DNA from: Promethearchaeota archaeon
Lineage (GTDB): Archaea > Asgardarchaeota > Hermodarchaeia > Hermodarchaeales > Hermodarchaeaceae
Direction of reading: 5' to 3'
Assembly: GCA_048938295.1 (NCBI GenBank)
Contig: JBHLMI010000011.1
Coordinates: 1-32,000 of the forward strand
DNA: 32,000 nucleotides
Of this stretch, positions 16,922 to 26,462 are shown one piece after another. The notes under the pieces were generated by a model. That model was not told where the DNA came from and made no database searches. It was given only the letters and a program-made list of their open reading frames with translations. Positions within the stretch are counted from its first letter, which is position 1; each line of letters opens with the position of its first letter. The translations under genes were made by a program, and so were the position numbers.

Positions 16922-17905
16922 TTATGGTGTCCTTTTACGGCGAATTGCGATTATAGCGATTGCTACTAACGCGATTGTTATAATGGCAGTTCCAAGTGCA
17001 ATCTCTGGCGTAATCAGAGGAAACGGTGTGAGGGGTAGGGCTGCGATTCCAAGTTTCGGATCATGGAGAATGTTCGTTCCATGTGGATAGCTCAACACAA
17101 TGAGTGCGCCCTCTGCTGAGTCAATTACTGAGGAATTGACCGGGACGGAGTCTCCGTCAACGAGGGCTTCTTTGAGCCAAGAATAGTAGCTACTGATAGT
17201 GTTAGAGTGAATTTCGATTTCTTCTTCGGTCCCTTGGATTTCGGTCTTAATCTCTCGTTCAGAGCTAGCCTCTGCAATCAATGCTAGTGCTCCATCTTCT
17301 TGATAAGGGAAGTTCTCGATTACGATGGTAAGTTTCATCTCAGTTGGATGAATGAAAGACTCGTTGAGGACCGCATAGGTTGGAAAGATATTTGCAATAA
17401 TCTGAAAGGTGTAACTTTCGTTGATTATGTGAGCTTCGATTTGGTATCCGAGTTCTCCATCGTCTGATGTAATTTGGGTAAGTATTGGGTCACTGTAATT
17501 GCGTGAAGTAAGATCGATCATGCCTCCGGAAACGGCTTCTCCAAGATTATAGATGCCATCAGCGTTTTGATCAATGAATTCGACTAACTGCTCGAATTTA
17601 ACTTCTAATTCGAGTTCATATTCGCTGGCATTGATTTCTGTGCTATATCCAAGTTCCAACTTGATGCCCTCATTAGTGGCAAAGCTAATTTCGAACTCGT
17701 TTTCATTGGGTTCATTGACAAATTCGGAGTGAACCGTGATCATGCTATCCTCTGTTTCTATGTGCAGTTCGCGTTCTTCGGTGTCTTCAATGTGGTCGTC
17801 GATTCCATCATTGTCGTCGTCACCGTTACTAGTGCCATTCACTTGAAATAGGTGGAAGCTAGAGAGAATCACTAATAGTAGGAATATCATTGCTAGTTTC
17901 TTCAT
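16922..17905 (-). CDS. acidic secreted, C-terminally membrane-anchored hypothetical protein
   Basis: N-terminal signal peptide (MKKLAMIFLLLVILS), Asp-rich DDDNDGIDD and DQNADGIYN loops (possible Ca binding), C-terminal TM followed by RRKR; AGAGGTGA RBS. Confidence 0.8.
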   Translation of the reverse strand: MKKLAMIFLLLVILSSFHLFQVNGTSNGDDDNDGIDDHIEDTEERELHIETEDSMITVHSEFVNEPNENEFEISFATNEGIKLELGYSTEINASEYELELEVKFEQLVEFIDQNADGIYNLGEAVSGGMIDLTSRNYSDPILTQITSDDGELGYQIEAHIINESYTFQIIANIFPTYAVLNESFIHPTEMKLTIVIENFPYQEDGALALIAEASSEREIKTEIQGTEEEIEIHSNTISSYYSWLKEALVDGDSVPVNSSVIDSAEGALIVLSYPHGTNILHDPKLGIAALPLTPFPLITPEIALGTAIITIALVAIAIIAIRRKRTP

Positions 17906-17990
17906 TTAAAATCACCTCTAATCGCTTATTTTGCGATTTTGCAGGAAAATAGCCGTATTCTGCCGATTTAACCTTTTATTTCAAGTTTTT

Positions 17991-18052
17991 TTGACTAATC
18001 AGAACTTGACAGTCAATTTTTCTTGACTGACTCAAAGTCAACTCTTTTTGAC
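17991..18052. promoter_or_regulatory. cluster of TTGAC/GTCAA half-sites, operator candidate
   Basis: 4 TTGAC and 2 GTCAA in 62 bp, including TTGAC-A-GTCAA (18006-18016) and TTGAC-N9-GTCAA (18023-18041). Confidence 0.4.
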
Positions 18053-18054
18053 TC

Positions 18055-18909
18055 TCAAAAGCCCAAATTCAAAAGAAGCAACACCGCAATGCTCAGATAG
18101 GCCATAATAAAGCTCACAAATGCGGCTTTATCCAAACGCAATATTTTGGCATGACTCACAGCAACTGTCAGGATAGCAAGTGTCCATGTTTGACTAAACA
18201 AGAAAAAGCCTCGTAGTAGCCATCCAAACCAAATGAATTCCAACTGCCATTGAAGGCTATCATTAAGAAACCAGACGGTAGCAAAGATCACGAAGGGAAT
18301 TGCTGAGATTACTATGCCTGTAAAGAGATTTGCGTTTCCAGTTTTTCTTTGAAATAATGCTAGACATAACAAGGCAATAAGAACAAAAATAGTCGTCCAA
18401 TTCAAGAGAAATTGACCAATCGAAAAGGGCAGAATTAGGTTTTGAGGGACATAAAAAAGGAGAATTGGTTGAAGACCAGAAACAAAGCCCATCCAGGCGC
18501 CAAATACCAATAAGAGAATGGCTATCGGGGTTTGTCGTCGCCAATTGCCATTGAGGTGCGGCCAAAGCCAGTCAAATAAGAATGCGATTTTGAGTACAGT
18601 ATAAAGCCTGGTGAAAGGTGTCTGAGATGTGACCCTGCCTTTCACGTGAAGCGTGTTGCTGGTGGTGAGGAGCTTGTATGCTTCTTTGCCTTTTGTACTG
18701 AGCCGATATTTATGGTCTTCAGTCTGTTCAATTAGACCTCCAAGGTTGTCAAGATGATAATATAATTTTCCTGGTCCAAGGTTTAGGAGTTCTTTGAGTT
18801 CAGTGGACCCCAGCAATTCTTGGGAATCTAAAAGTTCGACTATTCGTCGACGGATCGGGTGGTTAAGAGCGTGATAGATTTTTTGCCGATCCTTTTTCAT
18901 ATTCTCCAA
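18055..18909 (-). CDS. ArsR-like wHTH fused to a multi-pass membrane domain
   Basis: IYHALNHPIRRRIVELL...GKLYYHLDNLGGLIEQ..YRLSTKG, then about 5-6 TM helices. Confidence 0.87.
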   Translation of the reverse strand: MENMKKDRQKIYHALNHPIRRRIVELLDSQELLGSTELKELLNLGPGKLYYHLDNLGGLIEQTEDHKYRLSTKGKEAYKLLTTSNTLHVKGRVTSQTPFTRLYTVLKIAFLFDWLWPHLNGNWRRQTPIAILLLVFGAWMGFVSGLQPILLFYVPQNLILPFSIGQFLLNWTTIFVLIALLCLALFQRKTGNANLFTGIVISAIPFVIFATVWFLNDSLQWQLEFIWFGWLLRGFFLFSQTWTLAILTVAVSHAKILRLDKAAFVSFIMAYLSIAVLLLLNLGF

Positions 18910-19102
18910 CTCAAAAAATATGCTAGAAAATCTTAATTCTGGAGTAAATCGAGAAATTTCTTGTAAAAAGCTTTGTAAATTGCTAACGAGACATGGATGT
19001 TCAATTAGAAAACCGCATATGGCATGAGTAAAAGCGGCGATTATCGGCTCCTGGGACTGAACCAGTTCGTTCTTTGAGCGTTATCCGCTATTTCTTTTTA
19101 AT

Positions 19103-19160
19103 TTCGAAGACATACCTGTGATTTCTAACAAATAATGTGAAAGATTTCATCTTTTAAGTT
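19103..19160 (+). repeat. dispersed polar repeat copy (25-nt spacer class, 3' end decayed)
   Basis: TTCGAAGAC-ATACC-TG...AATAATGTGAAAGAT. Confidence 0.8.
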
Positions 19161-19231
19161 ATTTATCTTGAAAACCTTGACAACAATCTTATCTTGAGAT
19201 GCTTGCTCAAAGACCAATCTGCGTTCTGATG

Positions 19232-20158
19232 TCAGAGTGTTACGTCTTCATCTTGTGTGTCATTATGTTGTAAGGTCGCTTGGTCAGCTGTCTTCCGTGA
19301 TCGGTACCAGTAACTTACGATAATAACGCTCATCAGAACAACAACACCCAGAATGATAAATAGATCGGGATTAATTGGCGATTCAATACCAATCAATCCG
19401 GGGAGAGTCCTGATTAGTGTTCGTGAGTTCAACACAATGAGAATTGTGCCCACCAGCGTGCCCAAAAGGTAAGCTGAGACGCGTTTACAGGTATACGCGG
19501 CCACTGGAGCGGCAATAATCCCACCAATGATTAGTGGGATGGTTATGAACCAGAGGAAATTCTCAAAGCCCACAGTAATCCCGAATGTAATGACAATAGC
19601 CACCGTTGTAAAAAACTCGGCAATGTTTACTGAACCGATGATGACCCTGGGCTCTTTTTTATTCGCCGATACTAGCGTAGAAGTGCAAATCGGTCCCCAA
19701 CCTCCGCCACCAAAGGCATCCACGGTTCCCCCAATCAATCCTAAAACTAGCAGAAAGCGATTTGAGAACTCGCCTTTATACAGTAGGATTTGTTTCTTCC
19801 AGAGAAATCTCACAAAAATCCTAATACCTAGAATTAGGAGAATTATTGCGACGATTGGGCTAACAAATTCGCTAGGTAGGGTTGCCAGAAAATAGGCTCC
19901 CACGATTCCACCTATAATCCCTGTGCCGGTTAATGGTACCGCGATTTTCTTCTCGACATTTCCAAAACGAAGATGGGAGGCTCCCGAAGCTAAACTCGCA
20001 AAGATTTCAGAAGTATGAACCGATGCAGATGCGAGAACAGGCATTATGCCCGCCGTTATCAAGAAGGAGGAGGACGAGGCACCGTAACCCATTCCCAGCG
20101 CGCCATCGATATATTGAGCTAAAAAGCCGATCACCAAGATGATGAGGAAAGACCACAT
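19232..20158 (-). CDS. TauE/SafE (DUF81) sulfite-exporter family membrane protein
   Basis: AQYIDGALGMGYG and VDAFGGGGWGP duplicated motifs; GSVNIAEF. Confidence 0.92.
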   Translation of the reverse strand: MWSFLIILVIGFLAQYIDGALGMGYGASSSSFLITAGIMPVLASASVHTSEIFASLASGASHLRFGNVEKKIAVPLTGTGIIGGIVGAYFLATLPSEFVSPIVAIILLILGIRIFVRFLWKKQILLYKGEFSNRFLLVLGLIGGTVDAFGGGGWGPICTSTLVSANKKEPRVIIGSVNIAEFFTTVAIVITFGITVGFENFLWFITIPLIIGGIIAAPVAAYTCKRVSAYLLGTLVGTILIVLNSRTLIRTLPGLIGIESPINPDLFIILGVVVLMSVIIVSYWYRSRKTADQATLQHNDTQDEDVTL

Positions 20159-20176
20159 GGAAAATCACTTTGCAGA

Positions 20177-20386
20177 CTATGTAGAAGCATCGGGCTTAAC
20201 CCGCTTCACCTTCTTGGGAACAATCAGGATGCGGTTGTTCCGTAAAAGAATCCATCGAATTCGATCCCCATCTTGGAGTCCAAGATGATCCACAATCTCT
20301 TTCGGGACCGTGGTGCGTCTTCTGGTTTTACGGATTGTCAGGCTCGTTTCGGTGATGTATTCCACTTCATTTAAATCAATTTGCAA
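20177..20386 (-). CDS. AbrB/MazE/SpoVT family DNA-binding protein
   Basis: RTTVPKEIVDHLGLQDGDRIRW swapped-hairpin signature; TTG start; ends 19 bp before the TauE gene. Confidence 0.85.
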   Translation of the reverse strand: MQIDLNEVEYITETSLTIRKTRRRTTVPKEIVDHLGLQDGDRIRWILLRNNRILIVPKKVKRVKPDAST

Positions 20387-20419
20387 GATAATTCACTAGA
20401 CCTAAATTGAATAAATCTA

Positions 20420-20451
20420 AATATATTGGTTTTGTACCAAAATATATTGGT
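20420..20451. promoter_or_regulatory. iterated operator candidate upstream of the AbrB-like gene
   Basis: AATATATTGGT twice at 21-bp period (20420, 20441), with inverted ACCAA between them. Confidence 0.4.
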
Positions 20452-20604
20452 ATATTATTCTTTGCATCATTGACACATATTGTCGATTCTACGATAGGCG
20501 AAACATCGAGTCAAATGTTAATACTCCCGTAAGCTAAAATCTACTATTGGTGCCTAGTTTCGGGCAAGCAATTTTTCCTAGTGCTATTCGCAATTCTCTA
20601 TATT

Positions 20605-20665
20605 TTCGAAGACACAAATGCCTTGTATTGAATTAACGATGTGAAAAATAGATTCGTTTCTCGTC
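20605..20665 (+). repeat. dispersed polar repeat copy (27-nt spacer class)
   Basis: TTCGAAGAC-ACAAA-TG...AACGATGTGAAAAATAGATTCGTTTCTCGTC. Confidence 0.87.
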
Positions 20666-20802
20666 GCTCAATTGGCTGGTATCGTTGGATTTTCCTCTCC
20701 TCTCATCAGGTATTTGTGAAGTTCTAGAAAGTTAGTATACTATTTCAAATAGTTATAGGAGAATAGATTCGTAGCTTGTGCATTGAGGAGGTAAATGTCT
20801 TC

Positions 20803-21339
20803 ATGATGCCAATTGGGCCATTGATGATTGAACACAGGTTGATTGAACGGATGATTGGGTTCATGAGAGAGGAATTGGGACGAATTCGAGATACGGCGCG
20901 TGTGAATTCACGATTCATAGATACCGCAGTGGATTTTCTGCGGACTTATGCAGACAGAACCCATCATGGGAAGGAGGAGGATATTCTGTTCCGTGAGCTG
21001 TCGAAGAAATCGTTGACAACTAGGCACCAGAAAATAATGGACGAACTGGTCGAGGAACATAGAATTGCTCGGAAGACGGTGGGCCGCTTAATTGAAGCGA
21101 ATACGAAATACATGCAAGGTGACAACACAGCAGTCGATGAGATACTTCAGCTTCTTGAGAAACTCGTCAATTTTTACCCCGAACATATCCGGAAGGAGGA
21201 TAAGAATTTCTTCATTCCGTGTATGGAATATTTTTCTCAACAGGAACAGCAGGACATGCTAAACGAATTTTGGGAATTCGATCGTAAGATGATTCATGAA
21301 AAGTACAAAAAAGTCGTTGAAAACCTTACACTAAAGTAG
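20803..21339 (+). CDS. hemerythrin/HHE cation-binding domain protein
   Basis: LMIEHRLI, HHGKEEDILF, EEHRIAR, EHIRKEDKNFF. Start placed at ATG 20803 after GGAGGT; the ORF is open from 20776. Confidence 0.92.
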   Translation: MMPIGPLMIEHRLIERMIGFMREELGRIRDTARVNSRFIDTAVDFLRTYADRTHHGKEEDILFRELSKKSLTTRHQKIMDELVEEHRIARKTVGRLIEANTKYMQGDNTAVDEILQLLEKLVNFYPEHIRKEDKNFFIPCMEYFSQQEQQDMLNEFWEFDRKMIHEKYKKVVENLTLK

Positions 21340-21372
21340 ACTCTTGGAAATAACTGCACAATGAAAGCGCGC

Positions 21373-22368
21373 TCATAGTTTTGAAATAATGTGATCCTTC
21401 AGGATATGAATCGTGTCTAATCCCATTTGTCGAATATTTCCCACGAAAGGGAGGCCGATATTGAATACGTCGATATGATCCTTGTATTGACGTAATCGTT
21501 CAATAATCCTCTCAGGGGGTCCTGCTAGATCCTGCTTACAACCCGCCTCGAGAGCCTTCTTCTTAAATTCCTCTGTATATCCCCCTTGAGGCCATTCCTG
21601 ACGTATCACATCGCGTTTTCGATTTTTAAAATCATCGTTATCCTCACCGATGACGGCTACCATGAGTCCTGTAGACCATTCTAAATCCTCAAAGTTGCGA
21701 CCAACCGTTTCACACATTACCCGCATGCGCTCCTTCTTCTGTGCATAGTCTGCCGCTGTTCCTTTGATATAATCCACTCCGTCTGCATATCTCGCCGCAG
21801 TTTCTTCCATCATCGGTGCCTTGAGAGTTTCTGTCCCCACCCAAATTGGGATGCGAGGGCGTTGAATGGGTTTAGGGAGGAACATCGTTTTCTTGATACT
21901 ATAGAACTCACCAGCAAAACTCGGTCGTTCTTCGGTCCATAGCAGATTGATAATTTGGAGCGCCTCCCGCAATTGGAGAATTCGAGTCTTTGGGGAAGGA
22001 TACGTATATCCGTAGGCTTCGTACTCAGGCTTCTTCCATCCTGCTCCGATATCGAGGGTGATTCGACCATTGGACGCGTTGTCGAGGTTCGCCACAATCT
22101 TCGCAAGAAGCGCAGGATTCCGATAGGATTGACACGTGACCGACGTTCCAAGGCGAATCCTCGCTGTTTGTGGGGTGAGTAATGCAAGGGTGGTCCACGC
22201 CTCATAGCATTGGTTCTCCCGGTCTTCATTCCATCCAAAGAAATGATCTGATACGGTGAATCGATAGAATCCTGCATCTTCAGCTGCTTTCGCTAGGGTA
22301 ACGATATCATCGTAAGTATAACCTATATGCGGTTCGATGCTAATGCTAATTTTCATTAGGCTCACCAA
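21373..22368 (-). CDS. LLM-class F420-dependent oxidoreductase
   Basis: SDHF, EAWTTLA, RIRLGTSVTCQSYRNPALLAK, GRITLDIGAGW and PKPIQRPRIPIWVG motifs. Confidence 0.92.
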   Translation of the reverse strand: MVSLMKISISIEPHIGYTYDDIVTLAKAAEDAGFYRFTVSDHFFGWNEDRENQCYEAWTTLALLTPQTARIRLGTSVTCQSYRNPALLAKIVANLDNASNGRITLDIGAGWKKPEYEAYGYTYPSPKTRILQLREALQIINLLWTEERPSFAGEFYSIKKTMFLPKPIQRPRIPIWVGTETLKAPMMEETAARYADGVDYIKGTAADYAQKKERMRVMCETVGRNFEDLEWSTGLMVAVIGEDNDDFKNRKRDVIRQEWPQGGYTEEFKKKALEAGCKQDLAGPPERIIERLRQYKDHIDVFNIGLPFVGNIRQMGLDTIHILKDHIISKL

Positions 22369-22436
22369 CTACTACCTTTGAATAAATGGTATTGAATTCT
22401 AATGTTCTTCGAAGGGCTTTTACTAGTTGAATTAAA

Positions 22437-22494
22437 TTCAAAGACATGTCTGCAATTTCTTCCAAATAGCCTGAAGATTATTTGTTTTGTATAT
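22437..22494 (+). repeat. degenerate dispersed polar repeat copy (25-nt spacer class)
   Basis: TTCAAAGAC-ATGTC-TG...TTCCAAATAGC-CTGAAGATTATTTGTTTT. Confidence 0.65.
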
Positions 22495-22630
22495 TAAACC
22501 TAATGTGAAATGTCACCGCGGATGTCAACAATCCTCTTCTATACTCCACCTGTGGAGGACTTGCAGGTGGCATAGTGCTTATCTACTTTCCAGCCCTTTT
22601 GGAATTCACCGTGATTGTCGGTGATGTGCT

Positions 22631-23359
22631 ATGATCACGAGTACAGAAAAGGTGCGTTATGCTGAACTGCTGCCGCACGAATTCTTGAAACGGTTGCACG
22701 ACAAGCCTGTGGCGTATTTACCCTTGGGGACATTGGAATGGCACGGCGCGCATCTCCCATTGGGCTCGGATGCTATCCAGAGTGAAGCGTTAATGGTGGC
22801 TTGTGCCACGCAATTAGGAGGTATTGTGATGCCTCCTCTATTTCTCGGACCGGATCAGGCGGTGGTGGGAAAGACTGGGCAAGTCTTCTATGGGATGGAT
22901 GCCCTCCCTACTTCCTTGCCCCCTCGACAACTGGAAGGCAGCTGTTACTGGGTGTCTAAAGACTTTTTCAAACAGCTCGTCGATGTCATTCTAGTCCAAC
23001 TTAAACGAACCGGTTTCCACGCAGTATTTGCTGACGGGCACGGGCCTTCCCGCTGGTCTTGGGTGCAAGATATCCCAGAGCGTGAAGCGCGCTTGGGCTT
23101 AAAGTTGTTCGGCGTCACCGATGACATCAAGCGTGCTTGGAAATATCAGATTGACCATGCAGGGAAGAACGAAACCTCGATTATGCTGGCGATTCGCCCC
23201 GACCTCGTGGACCTATCACAACTACCACAGGACCCAGCTATTCCTGTTGGACGAATCTTGGGGAAAGACCCACGACGCGCCAAAACGATGTTGGGGTCCA
23301 AATATTTGGACACGGCGGTGGAGCTTGTTAAACAACAGTTTGTTAAAGCCGGGATATGA
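22631..23359 (+). CDS. creatininase / creatinine amidohydrolase family protein
   Basis: LGTLEWHGAHLPLGSD, DGHG and DHAGKNETS metal-binding motifs. Confidence 0.9.
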   Translation: MITSTEKVRYAELLPHEFLKRLHDKPVAYLPLGTLEWHGAHLPLGSDAIQSEALMVACATQLGGIVMPPLFLGPDQAVVGKTGQVFYGMDALPTSLPPRQLEGSCYWVSKDFFKQLVDVILVQLKRTGFHAVFADGHGPSRWSWVQDIPEREARLGLKLFGVTDDIKRAWKYQIDHAGKNETSIMLAIRPDLVDLSQLPQDPAIPVGRILGKDPRRAKTMLGSKYLDTAVELVKQQFVKAGI

Positions 23360-23407
23360 ACACGCACCAACAATTATTTTCCTGTAATAAACGCCCCCTC
23401 TAAGGAT

Positions 23408-23465
23408 TACGAAGACGCAGGTGCTGTTTTTTCCAAATAACGTGAAAGATGATTTGTTTCACATA
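23408..23465 (+). repeat. dispersed polar repeat copy (25-nt spacer class)
   Basis: TACGAAGAC-GCAGG-TG...GTGAAAGATGATTTGTTTCACATA. Confidence 0.87.
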
Positions 23466-23544
23466 ATCAGGTCTATACCTTAGATAATGAATAGGCATGA
23501 ATTCGCCAAATTAAGGTTAAATTTGTAAAATCTTTGAATTGTTG

Positions 23545-23991
23545 CTAGATCACATAGAAGTACACATAGAATGTTAGACCGAAAAGGAATGCTAAGAACC
23601 AGATTGTGATTTGAATTCGCATCTGGGTACGCCTTCCACAGACTAGGGGTTTTTTGCTCGTAGCAAAGTATAGAAATCGAATCGTAAAGATGAGACCAAT
23701 GATTAGCGCTGTGGAGCCAAAGAATACATGAACTAATGTTACTAGTGAGCCCATACTCGTGGGAAATAGAATAAGGACAGGTAGGTTGATGGCTAATGAT
23801 GGCTCCATAATGAGGAGCACTGTAACCAGCATCGAAAGTGTAGCAATGCCCATGATAGTACCATGATACTTCAAAGTTCGCTTTTGAAAAACACCGATGG
23901 TCAAGAGAAGTATGAGAACGATTTGGATTATGAGATTTATATCAAAAATTAATTGTGCAGTTGAACCAAAGAGCACCATCTGAATCACCAA
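23545..23991 (-). CDS. 4-TM membrane protein, DUF420-like
   Basis: Four TMs with intramembrane His residues (KYHGTIM, LVHVFFG); family assignment tentative. Confidence 0.65.
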   Translation of the reverse strand: MVIQMVLFGSTAQLIFDINLIIQIVLILLLTIGVFQKRTLKYHGTIMGIATLSMLVTVLLIMEPSLAINLPVLILFPTSMGSLVTLVHVFFGSTALIIGLIFTIRFLYFATSKKPLVCGRRTQMRIQITIWFLAFLFGLTFYVYFYVI

Positions 23992-24029
23992 GAATTTCTA
24001 GGTTCGCATAGCAGTTAAAGCTATGTTTT

Positions 24030-25382
24030 TCATCTTATCAGCTTCAGAGCGTAATTCGAGAAGCGCTCTGCTACTTTGGCAGTTGCTTTTCCCAGAGCGC
24101 CATTTTTTCGAAGGCGATGTTGAACTAAACCAGCATACATGGCGAGACGTAATTTGTTCTCCGAAAACGCGCTTTTAAAAAGAAGGTCATGGCGGTTCGC
24201 AGATCCACGTTGTTTTCGCCAATCTGGTACAGTAATTTGGTTTTGTACTCGAGAATATAATCCCGTGCCAAAAATCGGGTAAGGAAAGGAATACGACAAA
24301 TAATCAAGAGGAAGTTTTGAAGAGAAATTGAGTGTATCAAGGAGGGTTTCATTTGTTTCTCCAGGATAACCTAGAATGAAGAATCCGCCGGTTTCAATGC
24401 CTGCTTGTTGGGCATTTTCTACAGCACGACGGACTTGCTCGAGGGTTATTCGTTTTCCGATGATATTTAGAATGCTTTGATTGCCTGATTCAATACCAAA
24501 GAAGATACGTCGACATCCTGCTTTTTGCATCTGTGTTGCTAATGTTTTAGAGAGATGATCAGCGCGACTGAGACACATCCACTCTATATTCTGTTTATCG
24601 CGAATCAGGATTTCGCAGATTTCGGCAACACGGTGTGGGTTTTGTGTAAAACAATCATCAGTGAAGAAAACACGGTCATACCCCAAATTGCGAATCAGGA
24701 CCATTTCTTCAACCACATTTTTTGCTGAACGTTCTCGATAACTTTGACCAAAAACAGGGTTACTGCAAAAATCACACAGGTACGGGCATCCCCTGGTGGA
24801 AATCATACTCGATGCAGTATAATGATGGAATGTGCGCCAATACCATTTATACTGAGAATTGGGAAACAAATCGCGCGCAGGGAGAGGAATCGAATCGAGC
24901 GGTTTGATAAATCGCCGACGAGGTTTGACTTTGATTCGACCGCCATTTCCTTTATAAGCAATTCCGCTCGTACGCGTCCAAGAAGTATGCTGGAAATGAC
25001 GCCGAACTAATTCCAAGACGGTTTCTTCTCCTTCTCCTAATACTACGATATCAAAGATGTCGAGGAATTCTTCTGGTACTAGCGAGGGTAGAGGACCACC
25101 AGCTACCATGAGTTCGACACTGGAACGGAATTTTTGGGCAATCATAATTGCATGGTGATTGATAGTGACCATCGAGTAAATTCCCAGAATTCGTGGTTGA
25201 AGCTGTTCAATTCGCCGTAGCGCAGTGTCAAAATGTAGGAAAGTACAATCGACAAGATCAACGGAAAAACCAGCGATGCGAAGAATTGAAGCTAGATAGC
25301 CGAGACCCAAGGGTGGATACCGGAAAATTGAGCGGTCTAATTCTTCGTTGAAATAAGGATAGACGAGTACAATGTCAGTCAC
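24030..25382 (-). CDS. B12-binding domain radical SAM enzyme
   Basis: PPLGLGYLAS and AGGPLPS (B12 domain), GEGEET, RGCPYLCDFC (CxxxCxxC), GIESG, GFFILGYPGET. Start placed at GTG 25382, 2 nt after the upstream gene's stop. Confidence 0.93.
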   Translation of the reverse strand: MTDIVLVYPYFNEELDRSIFRYPPLGLGYLASILRIAGFSVDLVDCTFLHFDTALRRIEQLQPRILGIYSMVTINHHAIMIAQKFRSSVELMVAGGPLPSLVPEEFLDIFDIVVLGEGEETVLELVRRHFQHTSWTRTSGIAYKGNGGRIKVKPRRRFIKPLDSIPLPARDLFPNSQYKWYWRTFHHYTASSMISTRGCPYLCDFCSNPVFGQSYRERSAKNVVEEMVLIRNLGYDRVFFTDDCFTQNPHRVAEICEILIRDKQNIEWMCLSRADHLSKTLATQMQKAGCRRIFFGIESGNQSILNIIGKRITLEQVRRAVENAQQAGIETGGFFILGYPGETNETLLDTLNFSSKLPLDYLSYSFPYPIFGTGLYSRVQNQITVPDWRKQRGSANRHDLLFKSAFSENKLRLAMYAGLVQHRLRKNGALGKATAKVAERFSNYALKLIR

Positions 25383-25384
25383 CG

Positions 25385-26233
25385 CTACTGACCCTCCAGA
25401 ATCCGTTGCAAGGTTCCAAATTGAACCTCGTATTTGCAAATTCTTGTTGATCTGGGTAATTGCAAAATTATACCCGACCAAAAGATTTCAGGTTCTTCAA
25501 GGACTTCTCGTCCTCGATATGCCCGCCCTTCCGCTGGTATTTCGACGCGGAACCCCAAGTTGAGTCGAGGCGCATAAAAAGCAGCCCATGAACTCTTGAT
25601 TTTAGCCCACGGTTCAATCTGTTGTTGGTCGAGATAGGTTCCGGATGCATCATAGTATTGGGTAAAATGGTGTCCTCCAAGTTCGTTGGCAATGTAAATG
25701 GATTGAAGCGTATTTCGCACTATAGAATCGAAACTTAATTTAATCTTTAATTTTTGATTATCCTGGGTGACGAAATACTGTGATTGACTCTCTCCCCGGC
25801 TTTTCACAGGAATGAAAAATTGAGGTGCAAATTGCTTTCCATGTCTCGGGAAGTCCCATTGAGAAAGCCAAGTGATGAATTTGAGGAATTGCCGACCTGT
25901 TTTCATCTTGTATATTTGATTATGCGCACGAGGGAGTATCCATGAAAACGCCTTGATTGAATTACTAGAAGTGGGTTGCTTTCGTTCAATTAAATTAAAG
26001 CTAAACTTCTTCATCCAGTAGTTCTTCTTGGTTTCTTCTCTGCGTGAAACAGTTGAGGTGCCAGGAAAATAGAAATCACGGCGATATTGAAGAATTGGTG
26101 TCCCGAAACCAAGTCCTTCTCCACATAAATCTAATCCTCCATCCTGAAGGGCAGGAATGAGCCCTTTTTGAATTGGAGCGGATTTTCCTTGGTGGGGTTC
26201 TGGGCAATCAGATATATTGAATGAGAGCAACAA
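25385..26233 (-). CDS. hypothetical protein apparently co-transcribed with the radical SAM gene
   Basis: 282-aa ORF (CGEGLGFGTPILQY; WSGIILQ); its stop abuts the radical SAM start. Confidence 0.75.
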   Translation of the reverse strand: MLLSFNISDCPEPHQGKSAPIQKGLIPALQDGGLDLCGEGLGFGTPILQYRRDFYFPGTSTVSRREETKKNYWMKKFSFNLIERKQPTSSNSIKAFSWILPRAHNQIYKMKTGRQFLKFITWLSQWDFPRHGKQFAPQFFIPVKSRGESQSQYFVTQDNQKLKIKLSFDSIVRNTLQSIYIANELGGHHFTQYYDASGTYLDQQQIEPWAKIKSSWAAFYAPRLNLGFRVEIPAEGRAYRGREVLEEPEIFWSGIILQLPRSTRICKYEVQFGTLQRILEGQ

Positions 26234-26337
26234 CGGGAACCTCCGCTATACGTGCGCTATTATTGGGGTTTTGTGTTTTAACTGGCTTTCTTTATTCTGA
26301 AAATGATTTTTGATATCGTTTCTGATGTTTATAATTG

Positions 26338-26371
26338 CTCAACGATGTGAAAGATAGATTTGTTTCGCGTT
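26338..26371 (+). repeat. dispersed polar repeat, right half (27-nt class type)
   Basis: CTCAACGATGTGAAAGATAGATTTGTTTCGCGTT; left box not recognisable. Confidence 0.8.
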
Positions 26372-26462
26372 AAAGGATCGATCTTTACGCATTTGAAACT
26401 AAATAAGGATATAAGACTTCTAAAAGGAGTTTTGACAGAAGTTTCGGTCACTTGAATCACTA

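Noticed and set aside
21373-25382. Mycofactocin-like cluster (LLM + creatininase + radical SAM)
   Set aside because: No MftA precursor or MftB; the radical SAM is B12-type, not SPASM; the genes differ in orientation and are separated by repeat copies.
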